Part shown: in pieces, positions 24,576 through 37,233 of the stretch
Layout of the letters: each line of letters opens with the position of its first letter
Numbering within the stretch: the first letter of the stretch is position 1
NCBI RefSeq assembly: GCF_006345805.1
Contig: NC_042998.1
Span: forward strand, 161,758,001 to 161,822,000
Length of the DNA stretch: 64,000 nucleotides
Direction: 5' to 3'
From: Octopus sinensis
Lineage: Eukaryota
Position numbers and translations under genes: made by a program
Notes under the pieces: model-generated
What the model saw: the letters and a program-made list of their open reading frames with translations, nothing else
Database searches by the model: none
What the model was told of the DNA's origin: nothing

Positions 24576-25092
24576 TTAGCAGATAGAGGTATTCAGCTCA
24601 TGATCATAAGATCCCAGTGATGCATTGTCTCCTTGAGCAAGACACTTTATTTCACATTACTCCAGTCCCCTCAGCTGGCAAAATGAGTTGCACCTGCAAT
24701 TCTAAGGGCCAGCCTTGTTACATTATATGTCATGCTGAATCTCGATGAGAACTACATTGAGGGTGTCTTTTGGGGTCGATAAATTAAGCACCAACTGCGT
24801 ACTGGGGTCGATCTAATCGACTGGCTCCCTCCCTCAAAATTTCGAGCCTTGTGCCTAGAGTAGAAAAGAATATCTAACAAATTTTGTATATATGTCACAT
24901 ACACCCCTTTTGGGAATATCTCTAACATACATCTTTTCCATGAATTATTGTCTTGGTATCAACAATGCGGCCTCATATCACATGTGCATGTCCATGGAGT
25001 GCTCAGCCACTTGCACATTAATCTTATGAGCAGGCTGTTCAGTTGATTGGATCAACTGGAACCCTCAGCATCGTAACCAATTGAGTGCCAGT
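24566..25092 (+). mobile_element. SINE family C, tail type 2, split by a 219-bp inserted duplication
   Basis: Colinear with the reverse complement of 53503-53820 except for the insert at 24767-24985. Confidence 0.82.
24767..24985 (+). repeat. Local duplication of 24052-24270 (SINE B 3' half plus about 115 bp of unique flank)
   Basis: Both copies are 219 bp, offset 715 bp, with about a dozen substitutions; they include non-SINE flank (tatctaacaaattttgtatatatgtcacatacacccc...). Confidence 0.95.
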
Positions 25093-25755
25093 TCTACACA
25101 TATATATGTATGATGACTAATCATTATGAAGTTAATAAATAATCACTTTAAATCTATATTGGTTGGGAGAGAAAACACTGACACAATTTAAACTTTGACA
25201 CATAAAAATGAGATTTGGGAATAATACACTTAGTTTATCATTACAAGTAGAAAAAAATTAATGTAAACCTGATTGTAATGAATATGATGATGTGGATTAT
25301 GAAGATGGTGTTGTCATCATCATTACATGTTATTTGTTTTTACAGACTGTCTCTGCAATCCAGCAAAGTACTTTTGTTTTTTTGTTTTAATGCATTAAAA
25401 ACATAATCTTTATTTTTAGACAAAGCAAATATTTATGCTTGATTTTGATAAGACAGGGATATGTTATTTTAAAAATTATTTTTGTATTTTTCTATCAGTA
25501 AAGTGAAAATGTCTGGAATACTTTCACTGCAAAATTAGTGCTATAATGTTTAGTATATATGTGTCTGTGTGCGAGTATATATATGTATACACACACACAC
25601 ACTCACTTATACACATATGGATATATACATACATACACGCACATATATGTACATATATCTATGTATATATGTTTGTTTGTATGAAGCATTCTGCATGGAT
25701 AGTTTTTTAAAACAGCAACAGAGCATAAGCAAGTGTATTAGTTCATTGCTTTCAG

Positions 25756-25791
25756 GAGATATTCCTGGAAATCTTGGCTGGCAGTGTGAAG
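25756..25791 (+). CDS. Candidate 36-bp micro-exon (EIFLEILAGSVK or GDIPGNLGWQCEG)
   Basis: Acceptor ttcattgctttcag and donor AAG|gtaata. Confidence 0.27.
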
Positions 25792-27340
25792 GTAATATGA
25801 TATTGGAATTTCCCTGTAAAAATGAAAGACAATTTGTACTTCCAATATAGGCTTGCATTCTCCACTAAATGACGTATGTAGATAATACTTCTTAAGTAGT
25901 AAATGCTTGTAAAAATTATATGTTTAATACACATGGGGAAAACTATTACAATACTGGAAAATATTGGATCATTTGGTTGGGGTTAATTGATGTGGATTTA
26001 GATATGTTTCTTATATTTGCTGCTGAAATATGTGTATTTTATAATGTTTTTCGCAAGTTGGATATATTGTTTGTTTTAATATCATCTCAGTTGTATTTTG
26101 TTAGATATGCTAAAACCTTTGTAATTAAATGAGAGAGATTTTGTTGTTGCTGCTGTTATATTATGATGCAGAGTTTCACTTATTCCTATTTTTGAGGTGT
26201 TGTATTTTGAGTTTCCAGTCCTGTAAATCTTTTGGAAGATGACTGTTTTGTTATTTGAATCGTTGATAAACAAAAAAGTCGTGTGCTGGGCTAAATTATT
26301 TTCGTTTGTCAATGGTCGTATTTAGTTATTTGGTATCATTGCAACTACAAAAAGTGGTAGCATCTCCCTCCCACCACATATGCAATATTTTCAAGTACTT
26401 CAATGAAAATAATTCAAAAGTTAGTTATAGTTGTATTGTTTACGTTATGAAAGTGATATAGAGAAACAAAATACTTGTCCGTACAGCAAGGAACAAATGA
26501 AAACTACCAACAGTAAGCAACTATAGAAACAAAATATGTTATGCAAGTATGTGGAGGGCTTCACAAGGACACAAATGCATCACACTCTTGGGAGACAAGG
26601 ATGCATTCATGTATATGCGGTCAAGTAGTTCACTTAGCAAACATGTAACATTTTACAACAAAATATCAATTATATACATTATTCAGTTTTTTTTTACTGA
26701 ACCCACTTAGTTAGATAGTCTGTGGCTATAAGTACAGTCTTCATTTGGTTAACGATATGGGTAGTATAACATCTAGAAATATTAAAATTACGATGATGGT
26801 ATCCATTGGAATCTTAAATGTGTAGCTTTTAAATAAAATGTGTAAATGTTTCTTATTGGTCTCCTTGGGACTAAAATTATTCAAGATTAGAAAACTGCCA
26901 TGTTTACAATTGTCCTCAACAAACCAATTCTTTCACAATGAGGACAAATGTTATCTTCCTATAAGATTACTTTACTTGACATAATCCTGGGTGCTCATAC
27001 TGACACTAAATGAGATACTAAAGGATTTTTAAAATGCTTAAATCAATAAAAACGTTATCACAGGAAATATTTTCTCATACGAACATCATATTTTGTATTT
27101 CCTTTACTGCAATATTAGTAACAGTCTGTGTAAGGTTAAGGGTATTGACAATGTTTTAGAGATTGATTGCCAAATAATAAGAATTTATAATAACCTTTAT
27201 TTCGGATAAATAAATTCATTCTGCAGCTAAACGAGTGCTAGTCAGTAATGGTGGTATTGATGTTAACTTAAGTTTTAGGATTCATTTGTCTAATATGTTC
27301 TTGATATTACCAATCTCTATCCTTTTTGTCCCTTATTAAG

Positions 27341-27386
27341 GTGAATGGAAGGTTTCCATTCAAAATTGGATTTATGATATTTGAAG
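27341..27386 (+). CDS. Candidate 46-bp exon (VNGRFPFKIGFMIFE)
   Basis: Pyrimidine tract ctatcctttttgtcccttattaag and donor AAG|gtgaca. Confidence 0.2.
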
Positions 27387-27919
27387 GTGACAGTTTCTAG
27401 TCAACAATCTTTACTCAATTTTGAACATTTTATCATTTTAGATGTTCTAGTTTCTTTCCTTAATGTTGTTGGTAAATAAACTAGAGATGAAATGTTGAAA
27501 TGTATTATTGTTTATTTCACACTGGTGTTTGGTTTTGTCTGACCGGTGTATGAGTAATGCATATAAGTTTTGATTTTTTTTTCGTACTTTGGTGTTGTTT
27601 CATCTGGAAGTCATTATTTTAGACAGGTTTATGTTTTTAGTTAATGAGAACAAGTTGTAGTCAAAGCATTGGGGTAATATGCTGGTGAGTGGGCATTGGC
27701 TTTTAATATCAAATTCAAGATACTTGTGAAAATATCATTCTCATTAAAAACATACATGTTCAGCTCAAGAAGTCTGATAAAATTGTTCATCAGCAGTTGA
27801 GACTAGATAAATTCATTTAGATGAAGCTAATATGTTTCAACTGTTATTTTTATTTACTGTTTCAAAATTTTAATTAGTAGTTGTTAGAAAATATAACAAG
27901 AGGCATAAAGTAGATTTTG

Positions 27920-28210
27920 AGAGCCATGGATGGTCTTACGTTCGTTTTTGCAATCACACAGTTTTGGTTCAGTAACATTCCAGAGACAGGTGTCTTTAAC
28001 TATGTATGTATGTTGGTATGTATGGATGTGTGGATGTTGGTGCATACGTGTGTCTGTTTGTAACTATTTGTGTCCTGTTAGTGCTTTGACAAACAGAGAT
28101 TTATAAAATAAGTATCAGATAATAGAATAACTTATTTGAGTTGATAAGCCAAACCTTTGTAGGTGGTGCCACAGCACAAATGCAACCAAGACAATAACAG
28201 AAAAGACTTT
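27920..28210 (+). mobile_element. Highly diverged SINE A
   Basis: Residual motifs ggttcagt, ttgacaa, ataagta, aggtggtgccacagca. Confidence 0.4.
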
Positions 28211-28269
28211 CAAAATCAACTAAGGACAAAGAAAAGAAAATGAAAACAAGCAAAATAGTTAATGAGTAT

Positions 28270-28675
28270 TCTTTCTTTTATTCTTTTATCTGTTTCAGTC
28301 CTTTGACAGCAGCCATGCTGGAGCATCACCTTTAGTTGAACAAATCGACCCCAGGACTTATTCTTTGTAAGCCTAGTACTTATTCTATCAGTCTCTTTTC
28401 CCAAACTGCTAAGTTTCTGGGATGTAAACACACCAGCATCAGTTTTCAAGTGATGGTGGGGGGACAAACAGACACACAAATATACACACACTCACACACA
28501 CAAACATACACAATGGGCTTCTTTCAGTTTCCATCTACCAAATCCACTCACAAGGTTTTTGTTTGGCCCGAGGCTATAGTAGAAGACACTTGCACAAGGT
28601 GTCACACAGTGGGACTGAACCCAGAACCATGAGGTTGGCAAGCAAGCTATTTACCACACTGCCACTCCTACACCT
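28270..28675 (-). mobile_element. SINE A full length (subtype A1)
   Basis: Tail, internal (CA)n and head all present, reverse complement of 51725-52120. Confidence 0.92.
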
Positions 28676-29264
28676 ATATGGGGAAAAATTACTTGTATAC
28701 TAACAAAGAGACTATTAGACATAATATTTAAAGGTGGACTATATTTAAAGGTACTTCTTTTAGATTAAACTGTGTACTTGGTTTTAGTGCCGGTAAGAGG
28801 TTTCTTCATCAAGCTAACGAAGAAATTCTACTATTTTCTAAGGGCTAAGATTTGGAACATAATGGTTTTAATAAATTTTGAATGTTACTAAAACAATAAC
28901 AGAGAATAAAACAAAACATGAAGAAACCATCAAACCACAAAAACAGGAAGTGAAATATCACCTGGTAAAAGCCTTATTTTAATATTGCAGATGTAACATC
29001 TGTAGTGAATAATTTCTTTAAACTACTTTGAAAACACACTCCATATGATAAAAGCGATATCAACATTTTGTACTCTTGCCTCTTCGAATTTATCTAAACA
29101 AAATTAGACTTCAATGAATCAAACAGCAAGCAATTGAAATTGTGTAAACTGAAACAACTGTCCGTAAGACACAATCTTTGAAGCTAAAGATATAATCTAT
29201 TATTCCATAATATAGACTAATGACACATTTTATGTGTGTGTGTGTGTATGCGTGTGCATGCATG

Positions 29265-29678
29265 CACAGGAGTGGCTGTGTAGTAAGAAGCTTGCTTTCT
29301 AATCACATGGTCCTGGGTTCAGTCCCACTGTATGGCTCTTTGGTCAAATGTCTTTTACTATAGATTTGGGCTGACCAAAGCCTTGTGAGTGGATTTGGTA
29401 GACAGAAACTGAAAGAAGCCTGTCGCACACATATACGTATGTATACACATACACACATATATATGTGTGTGTGTCTTTATTTTGTTCCCCACCACCACTT
29501 GACAACCGGTGTTGGTTTGCTTACGTCCTTGTAACATAGTGGTTTGGCGAAAAGAGTCCAATAAAATAAATACTGGGTTTTTAAAACATAAATACTGGAG
29601 TCTATTCATTCTACCGAATTTCTTCAAGTCAGTGCCCCAATATGGCCACAGTCTAATGACTGAAACAAGTAAAAGATA
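29265..29678 (+). mobile_element. SINE A full length (subtype A2)
   Basis: gcacaggagtggctgtgtagtaagaagc...gggttcagtccca...gaaactgaaagaagcc...gactgaaacaagtaaaaga. Confidence 0.92.
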
Positions 29679-30859
29679 ATATATATATATGAACGGTAAA
29701 TCTCGATGCAGATAAAGCTATAAATAATAACGTGTAAATAATGGGTTATAAAACTCTTTGAGTAGAAAGAGTCAAAGGCTGGTAAGAATCAGTTTCTAAA
29801 ATGATGAGAGAAATTCAAATGATTGCTTTGGTCCAATGCTAGAACACTTGTCATATTTACAAGAAATGTGAGTATGTGTCCTACAGACACTCTTTGATCT
29901 TTTCTATTCAAAGGGATTTTTAACCCAATATTTATACGCTAATATTCATAGCTTTATCTACTTCGAAATTTACCATTCCTAAACTGAATAATTTCACGTT
30001 CTCAATGTTTTTAAGTTCTTATGACATCAACTTGTTTCATATTTCTAGATTAAGTAAAAACACTTTATTGTCTAGTCTCATTTTGGGTTTAGAAGTGCGC
30101 CTGAGCACTGTATACAATAATTTCATTATTATTATTAAAATAAACATCATTTATAGAACTAAATGGCTATAGAAAACAAATCATGTAGCTCATGCACAAC
30201 TGAAACTTTGAAATCTGCTTCCCTCAAAACTATAAGGAATAGAAAGTGTGCCTGAAGGGCATCATTCAGATTCTCTTTGTACATACCTATAGCATATGAT
30301 ATATTTTAAAGATATCAAATGCCAAAATACACTAAATAATCTATCCATCAAATGCACTCTTCTACGATTTAATTAAACCTCTCAGTATAATACTGCTGCT
30401 TGGGATGTAACCTTATATTTCATTCATCAAAATCCATCTGCAAAGTAATTTAAAGTAAACTCACACCCATCAAAAAAATTGAGCAAAGTTTAGTATTTGA
30501 AAACTATACATTCCTGATATGATCACCTACTACCTACTACCTAACCATTGTTCTTTTCCCCGATTCGTGGCCAAGCAAGTTTCTTTAGAAATTATATCGA
30601 GCAGTTCCATTGTTAAGAGTTATAGACTTAACCCATTGCACTGTTTAACACCTCTGCATGGCACTTGCTTACCTTTAGCAGAGTCCACTCTGTTGTAAAC
30701 ATTCGGGCCTGGCTTCCGATTTTAGGATACATTCTTCCTTCCCACCATTCATGGGTTCTCTGTAATGAGAACTACCTTCCATTATGAATAAAGGATGAAA
30801 AAAATATAAATATATTATCCATCATATATTCCTGCTTTAACCTCTTTCTTGCTTTATTC

Positions 30860-31680
30860 CACCTTTGTATCAAGCGCTCAGTTTGTCAAAGATGTCTACT
30901 CTCCCCACTTCCATATGTGCTGGCTCTCGAGTCCTTACTGCAGAAGTTGAAGGGTATGAGTGGCGTCCCGTGAGATCTAGATTGTGGAAGATCAGTGACG
31001 GCATACGCGGATGACATCACCATCGTGGGTAGGTAAAGCCGTTAAAGAATAGGAGGCGGTGACAGGAGCAAATGAATAACCGGGAAAAATCAGTCGGCTT
31101 GCAGCTTGGCACCTGGAGAAGCAAGTCGATGCCGTCCAACAACGTCGTCGGACGTTGGACGGACCAGTGAAAATGATCACCTACTACCTAACCATTGTTC
31201 TTTTCCCCTATTCGTGGCCAAGCAAGTTGGAACAATTGCGCCTCCGCAAAGGCAAAGGACCTCTTGTAAAGCGCTCTATCTGCTGCTAACAACCGTTAAA
31301 AGATGGGCTTGGGATGCCTTGGCTGATGATGCGCAAGCACGTGTTGGGGTTAAGGCATCTTTGGCTTTACCTCGGTGGTGAACGGCTGTGGTCTCCATTC
31401 ATCAACCTGATGCTTCCTAGGTTCACTAGTTTTAGTGAACTAGAACCATGGGTCAAACGTAGGCTAATGTTGGGTTCTTGGCAGGCCGAGTGTTGTAAGG
31501 CATTCGTGCTCCTCTGTCGCACGGGTAATGTTGGTAGCGTGGGTTCCACCTCGTTATTCTATAGAGGGTTGGTAGCGGCCAAGTGTGATGATGCCCAGGA
31601 GAAATCGTGGGCTTCGGACGATGGTAAAGGTCATTTGGGCCGAGACCCTTGGACAACTTCCAGAGGTCCCTAACCTGGTA
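30860..31680 (+). pseudogene. Tx1/L1-clade LINE reverse transcriptase fragment with internal deletion
   Basis: RSVCQRCLLSPLPYVLALESLL; AYADDIT (TACGCGGATGAC at 31004-31015); NREKSVGLQLGTW; GLGMPWLMMRKHVL. Stops and frameshifts present. Confidence 0.9.
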
Positions 31681-31943
31681 ATGTTACCGAGGAGTCTTAC
31701 CAGTTTATATACTCTGATTTAATTATAATAGTTATTTATATAACCCGTGATTTTCATTTTCTTCAGAATAAACAAAACCTACCTCTCTTTACACACACAC
31801 ACACACACACTTATTTGTGTGTTTGTCTATATATACATATGATATTTATATATAAAAGTTTCCCGGATTGCACCAATGGAAATACGAACACATGACAATT
31901 ACTGATACCTATCCTATTGAGCCACAGTATACGAACAGTCTTC

Positions 31944-32095
31944 TGTCTTTACGTTCTGAGTTCAAATTTCGCCAAGGTCGAATTTGCCTTTCATCCTTTC
32001 GGGTTCGATAAATTAAGTTGCGGTTGCGTACTGGGGTCGATCTAATCGACTGGACCCTCCCCCAAAATTTCGGGCCTTGTGCCTTGAGTAAAAAA
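31944..32095 (+). mobile_element. 5'-truncated SINE B (tail 1) with 17-bp target-site duplication
   Basis: TSD gtatacgaacagtcttc (31927-31943) and gtatacgaatagtcttc (32096-32112), 16 of 17 identical. CpGs largely intact. Confidence 0.92.
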
Positions 32096-33101
32096 GTATA
32101 CGAATAGTCTTCAGGTTATTTACTCATATTCAATTATTATCAAGGTTCTGTAATGTTGTAGTAAAACAATTCTGCAATTGTTACTATAGTTGAAAAATTC
32201 AAACAACGTGTTTGAATTAAAATTCGTATAAAGCTCAGTAAATTGACTACTGAGACACCTGCCAACATTTCAAGGCCAGATACGGGCTTTTGCGGGACAC
32301 ATCCCTTTCTAGGATATTTGAGTGTCAAGATAATAAGCGTTCAGGATGACCAGCCACGAGAAATAAAATAAAAAATATATATATTAGCAACGGAAGTAAT
32401 ATTAATACAGAGAGGTAATATTTATCTCCCTTGAAACATGGATGCTCTATTAGAACAAACTATACTGTGGTAGATACCACGAGAGAAACTCTCATATTGG
32501 CTTTTGGTGCAAAACGCACTCTTGCTTATATCACTAGCGGGGAGAAAAAACCTCGCAATCTCCAAATGTTAAAAGTTGGAAAAAATTGTGAATTTATCTA
32601 TGAAGGCCGTTACTGAATCGTACGTCACCTGAATAATTTGGACTAGAATCGCTTATGGTGTCTACAAGGAGATTCTCACGTAAAACAAGAACATGTGGTG
32701 CTGCAAAGTTTGTCCTACTTTTGATACACGATCAAAGCAGATGTAGCCTGACGATCTGACGTGTCCCTCAAGTTTCATGAGACGTTAATTGCAATTGGCT
32801 GCTGCATCATGATAATCTGCCTACTTCCACCTCCCTCCCGACGACGTAGATTTTAACGATGAACAAAATAGAATTACTCTTAAACCCTTAGAAACTGGTT
32901 TCAATGAAATTTAAGCACTTCTAATAACAAAATTAAAGGCTACGAGATGGTAAGATGAAGTTCAGGAGGAAACACAGACAATATTGGATGATTATGGAAA
33001 AGGATTTCCATGAAACTTTTTAGTTATGAAAGACGTGTTGGCGTCACTGTGTACGATTCCAATTAGATTTTTGAAAAGAGTGGTGTCCGATTATAAATAT
33101 A

Positions 33102-34282
33102 CTAGCAGTATAGCCCGGCTTTGCTCGGGATTAAGTTAGGATTATTAAGCTAATCAAGCTCTTTATTTCAAAGCAAACAAAGTAACATCGACGTCAAATT
33201 TGAGTGAACTCCGTTGAAATTGGTAAACTTTTGGCTGAAATTTTGCAGATAATTTGATTGAGAAATCCCATAAGGAATCGGTTTATCGTTTTTTTTTCAC
33301 TCATCGATTGCTTTTTTTTTTTTTTTCGTTTTTGGAGAACTTAGAGCATTCAAAGATCCCATGTGTCCTCAGTAATTCTAGCATCATGTTTGAACAAAAT
33401 ATATCAAAATTGGTAGACATTATGGTTGAAAAGAGTCAGATCTCTCCTTTCGAAAACATGGACAGTTTCGAAACATTGTTTACAAAATGCAAATTTGTAA
33501 ACATCTAGACGTACGTTTTGTAAGTGGAATAGAGAGACCTACCTTCTTCTGCAGAGATGTGAGAGTGAGATCTCTCCTTTCGAAAACACGAACAATTTCG
33601 AAATATTGTTTACAAAATAATAGCTGATCGTTTGCGAAGGAGCGTGCCTACAGTCAACACGTAGGTCTTTTGCTCTGGTAATTTCTGCTCTCTCCCATGT
33701 TCACGCATGACCAGCTATATATCACTATGAGTAGAGTAACGAATTCAGTTAATTTGGAAATTAGTTGTGGAGAAACGGAGAATATCGTTTATATTGTGTA
33801 TATATATATATATACGGGAAACATACACACACACACAACCACACACATTGTATACACGTACGCATACATGCGCGTGAGTGTGTGTGACTGAAGCCATTCA
33901 CACATACATACATACATACATAACAACACCTGTCTGTTTTTGCCTGTCAATCACTCAGTAAAAAGACGAAATTTTAAAAATCTGTTATCTCTCCCTCCCT
34001 TCCTCTCCCTCCCTCACCTTACACCGTCGTTAGAAGGGGACTTAACTCATGTTTTTAAACAATGGTGGATTTCTCCGCCGTGAAAATTGTTAAGTTATGG
34101 CCGAAAATTTATTTTTACCGCTATTCGCTGGTGCCCCGGGGAAAAATAATTTGATGAAAATACAGCTAGGATCATGACGAATGTCCTCCTAAAATTGGAG
34201 TGACATGCGGGCTAATTTATGGACGTATATAAATTACATTCACGTACACACACACACATCCTGCCTTTTATATATATACAGA
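33102..34282 (-). mobile_element. Non-autonomous Helitron, about 1.18 kb
   Basis: Minus strand begins A|TCTGTATATATATAAAA (34282) and ends with hairpin CCCGAGCAAAGCCGGG (33129-33114) plus CTAG|T (33105-33102). Inserted between A and T with no TSD. Confidence 0.82.
33655..33800 (+). pseudogene. Helitron PIF1-type helicase C-terminal remnant
   Basis: QHVGLLL(W*)...PMFTHDQLYITMSRVTNSVNLEI...TENIVY versus recalled consensus VGLYL..PVFSHGQLYVALSRV...TKNIVY. Confidence 0.75.
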
Positions 34283-35428
34283 TAATATATGAAATGCGTT
34301 ATTTATTGGAGTGGTAGTCTTTTTTCAGACCTTGTTCGACATATTTCTGACACTGCCTCGTATTCATTCATTCATTCATTCAGTCATTCATTTATTTATT
34401 CATTCATATGTACGTACATACGTCATGCATTCATGTATACGTACACTCGTGCGCGCGCGCACATACACACACACGAGCATCATCATTCATGCCTACACGC
34501 ACAACAAACATATATCTAGTTAACATATATGTGCGTGTGTATACATAAAGATAGACATATAATTATGTATACATACATATGTAAGTAAACACACACACGC
34601 GCGTAGTTTATTCTGAGGAAAAAAACGTAAAAACGTAAAAGACGAGGTATCAAAAGAACTCTATGCAGACTAGCAGAGTAATTGATAAGTTATTTTAAAA
34701 TGTAATTGAATTCTACAGATAGATATTTGTTTCTCTCCTATGGGAGATTGTCAAGTATTAAAAAATACATTGTCAATTATTCCTATATATAGACCTGTCA
34801 GAGCTACGTGGTAGTAAGTAAAAGAAACAATAGTGGTTGCTTTAGACGTAACAATAGAATGGTAAATTTTTTAAAAAATTGTATTTTAAAATTACCTCCT
34901 AGAATGTGTAATGTTTTGGAAAATGGCCTGCAGGTTAATTTTTGCTATGGTAATGAGTTTTTCTCTCCCAGCTAATAATGGAATTTTGTCTATTTTCTAA
35001 ATATTGAGATATAGAGCTTAGTATCGATACAGATTGTTAAAAAAAAAAAAGAATATAAATACTATATGATATTTTAAAGATGAATTAAAACAAGTAATTT
35101 AGATGAATCTGTTTAAACGAAAATAAACAAGGGCTGAAAGCTGATTTTGGAGGAAAAATTTGTATGTGTGAATACATGGGGATCTTCTGCAAATTCTATC
35201 ATCTGAATACACATATGCACTCTTTCATACATTTATTCATACTTAGGCAGACACATTAGCCCCTCCCCTCAAATTAGATTTCAGTACCTGTTTGTCTTTG
35301 TTTAAATACATTCATCTAAATTGTTTTTTATGCTTTATGATCATGACTACCTACAAGAGAACAACAAATATATATTTGTAGCAATTAAATAATTTTGAAT
35401 AGCTTGTGTGTGTGTGTGTGTATATGTA

Positions 35429-35440
35429 GGGGCGGGGCGG
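35429..35440 (+). promoter_or_regulatory. Tandem GC-box-like motif GGGGCGGGGCGG
   Basis: Motif match only; it lies in the CpG-retaining zone. Confidence 0.2.
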
Positions 35441-35725
35441 CAGAGGGGGGCAACAAATATTTTTCAAATGCACCAAAATATACGTTTCAGTATTGCAAAA
35501 TTACTTTTAAGCCCCGTAGATCTGGATGTATGTAAGTGTGTCTGTGTGCGCGCATGTGCATGACACCCGTGTGCGACACCCATGCACACACAGAGATGTG
35601 AAGAGACACAAGACAAATGCATCATTTGTGCATATATAATACGTTATATATATATGCAGAAAATTAAGAGTTGATGTGCTGAAAAGAACAATTTCTTAAA
35701 ATTTTATCAAGTATGTGTATATAAT

Positions 35726-35815
35726 ACAGTTCTATATTTATGAGATGAGGAATTATGTACATTATTTACATTTGATGGATATTTGTCCTCATGTTGTTTG
35801 TTGTTAACACATTTC
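35726..35815 (-). mobile_element. 3' end of the same PLE-type repeat as at 53.9-54.3 kb; hammerhead region mostly lost
   Basis: cagttctatattt..gagatgaggaattatgtacattatttacatttga.gga.atttgtcctc..ttgtttgttgttaacac aligns with 53916-54000. Confidence 0.85.
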
Positions 35816-36300
35816 TTTCCTAAAGACAAGACGTGCTTTTACCTGTCTCCTATCATAGCTCGTCCTCCTAGCGTTCATAATAATTTTTCTGTCGTCTTGG
35901 CTCAACAGCCCTCACCGTTTGTTTTTACTGTCTTGTGTTTTCACTGTCCTGTTCTTGTTACCACATTTACCCTCCGTAAAAAATCCCAAATTTTATTTAA
36001 TTTGCTTTGCGGGAAGGATTGTTTCAACGAAGTCGCGTATTGTCCTTACCTTCGAACGTAGAGTAGATGAAACAGGGACAACTAATGAAGGGGAATATTT
36101 TTTAAGTTGCATATCTCGTTTTCTGTGTTTGTTTTTTCGTTGTTCGAAAAAATGTTCGTTTTCTATGTTTTCGTTTCTCATTGTGTTTAACGTTTTCAGA
36201 TGTCCCGTACATATATGCATGTATATATACATATATATGTAGGTATGTACATATATGTATGTATATATGCATATATTTATATATTATTTGTATTATTATA
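35816..36300. repeat. Interspersed repeat family G, long copy, class unknown
   Basis: Shares blocks with 3240-3430; CpG-retaining. Confidence 0.5.
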
Positions 36301-36327
36301 TGATCGAACACCATGCATCCTTTTCCA

Positions 36328-36426
<99 letters not shown>
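36328..36426. repeat. (ATCT)n fused head-to-head with (AGAT)n, giving a 62-bp perfect palindrome at 36365-36426
   Basis: Centre ...ATCT|AGAT... at 36395/36396 with no spacer. Confidence 0.93.
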
Positions 36427-36808
36427 CGTCGTGAGAGGGTATAAGTGTATGTGTGTGTGTTTATGCTTGTGTGTATGGAGAAAGAGGGAAAGAGGTGAGA
36501 GAGATGAAAAAAATATAAATGGTCCCAAGAGCGTGAGGCATATTTCATGCTTTATGGAATTTAGTGCATGAGAGAGAAATTTTACCCCCGAATACCAATG
36601 GGCTGTTGAATGTCACATTTTCATTCCAATTTCCAACTGCCAGGTAAACTGAAACTTATGAACTGCATTCCTTCAACAACGCAAGAATAATGGATTTGAA
36701 TGAGTAACTTCTTAATACAACACTCTAGTCATTGATTCATTAAAGGAGACTCTACATAGACACTCAATTTGCTACAACTAGCAGCAAAATCTCTCTCAAA
36801 TTATATCA

Positions 36809-37190
36809 TGCATGGCTGTGTGGTAAGAAGTTTGCTATCTAACCACATGGTTCCATAGGGTGGCACCTTGGGAAAGTGTTTTCTGCTATAGCCTCAGGCC
36901 AACCAAAGACTTATGGGTGGAGTTGGTAGATGGAAACTAAAAGAATCCTGTTCTATTCTATTCTATCTATCTATATTTTTTTACCTGTGTCAGTCATTTG
37001 ACTGCAGTCATGCTGGAGCACCACCTTAAGGGGTTTTAGTTGAATAAATTGACCTCAGGACTTATTCTTTGTAAGCCTAGTACTTATTCTATCAATCTCT
37101 TTTGCCAAACTGCTAAATTATGGAGATATAAACAATCCAGGATCAATTGTCAAGTTATGGTGATGGAGGGACACATACACACCCACACAA

Positions 37191-37233
<43 letters not shown>

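Noticed and set aside
33438-33618. Palindromic TTTCGAAA-containing direct repeats as CRISPR-like or ribozyme
   Set aside because: Only two units, inside a eukaryotic Helitron; no array and no catalytic core.
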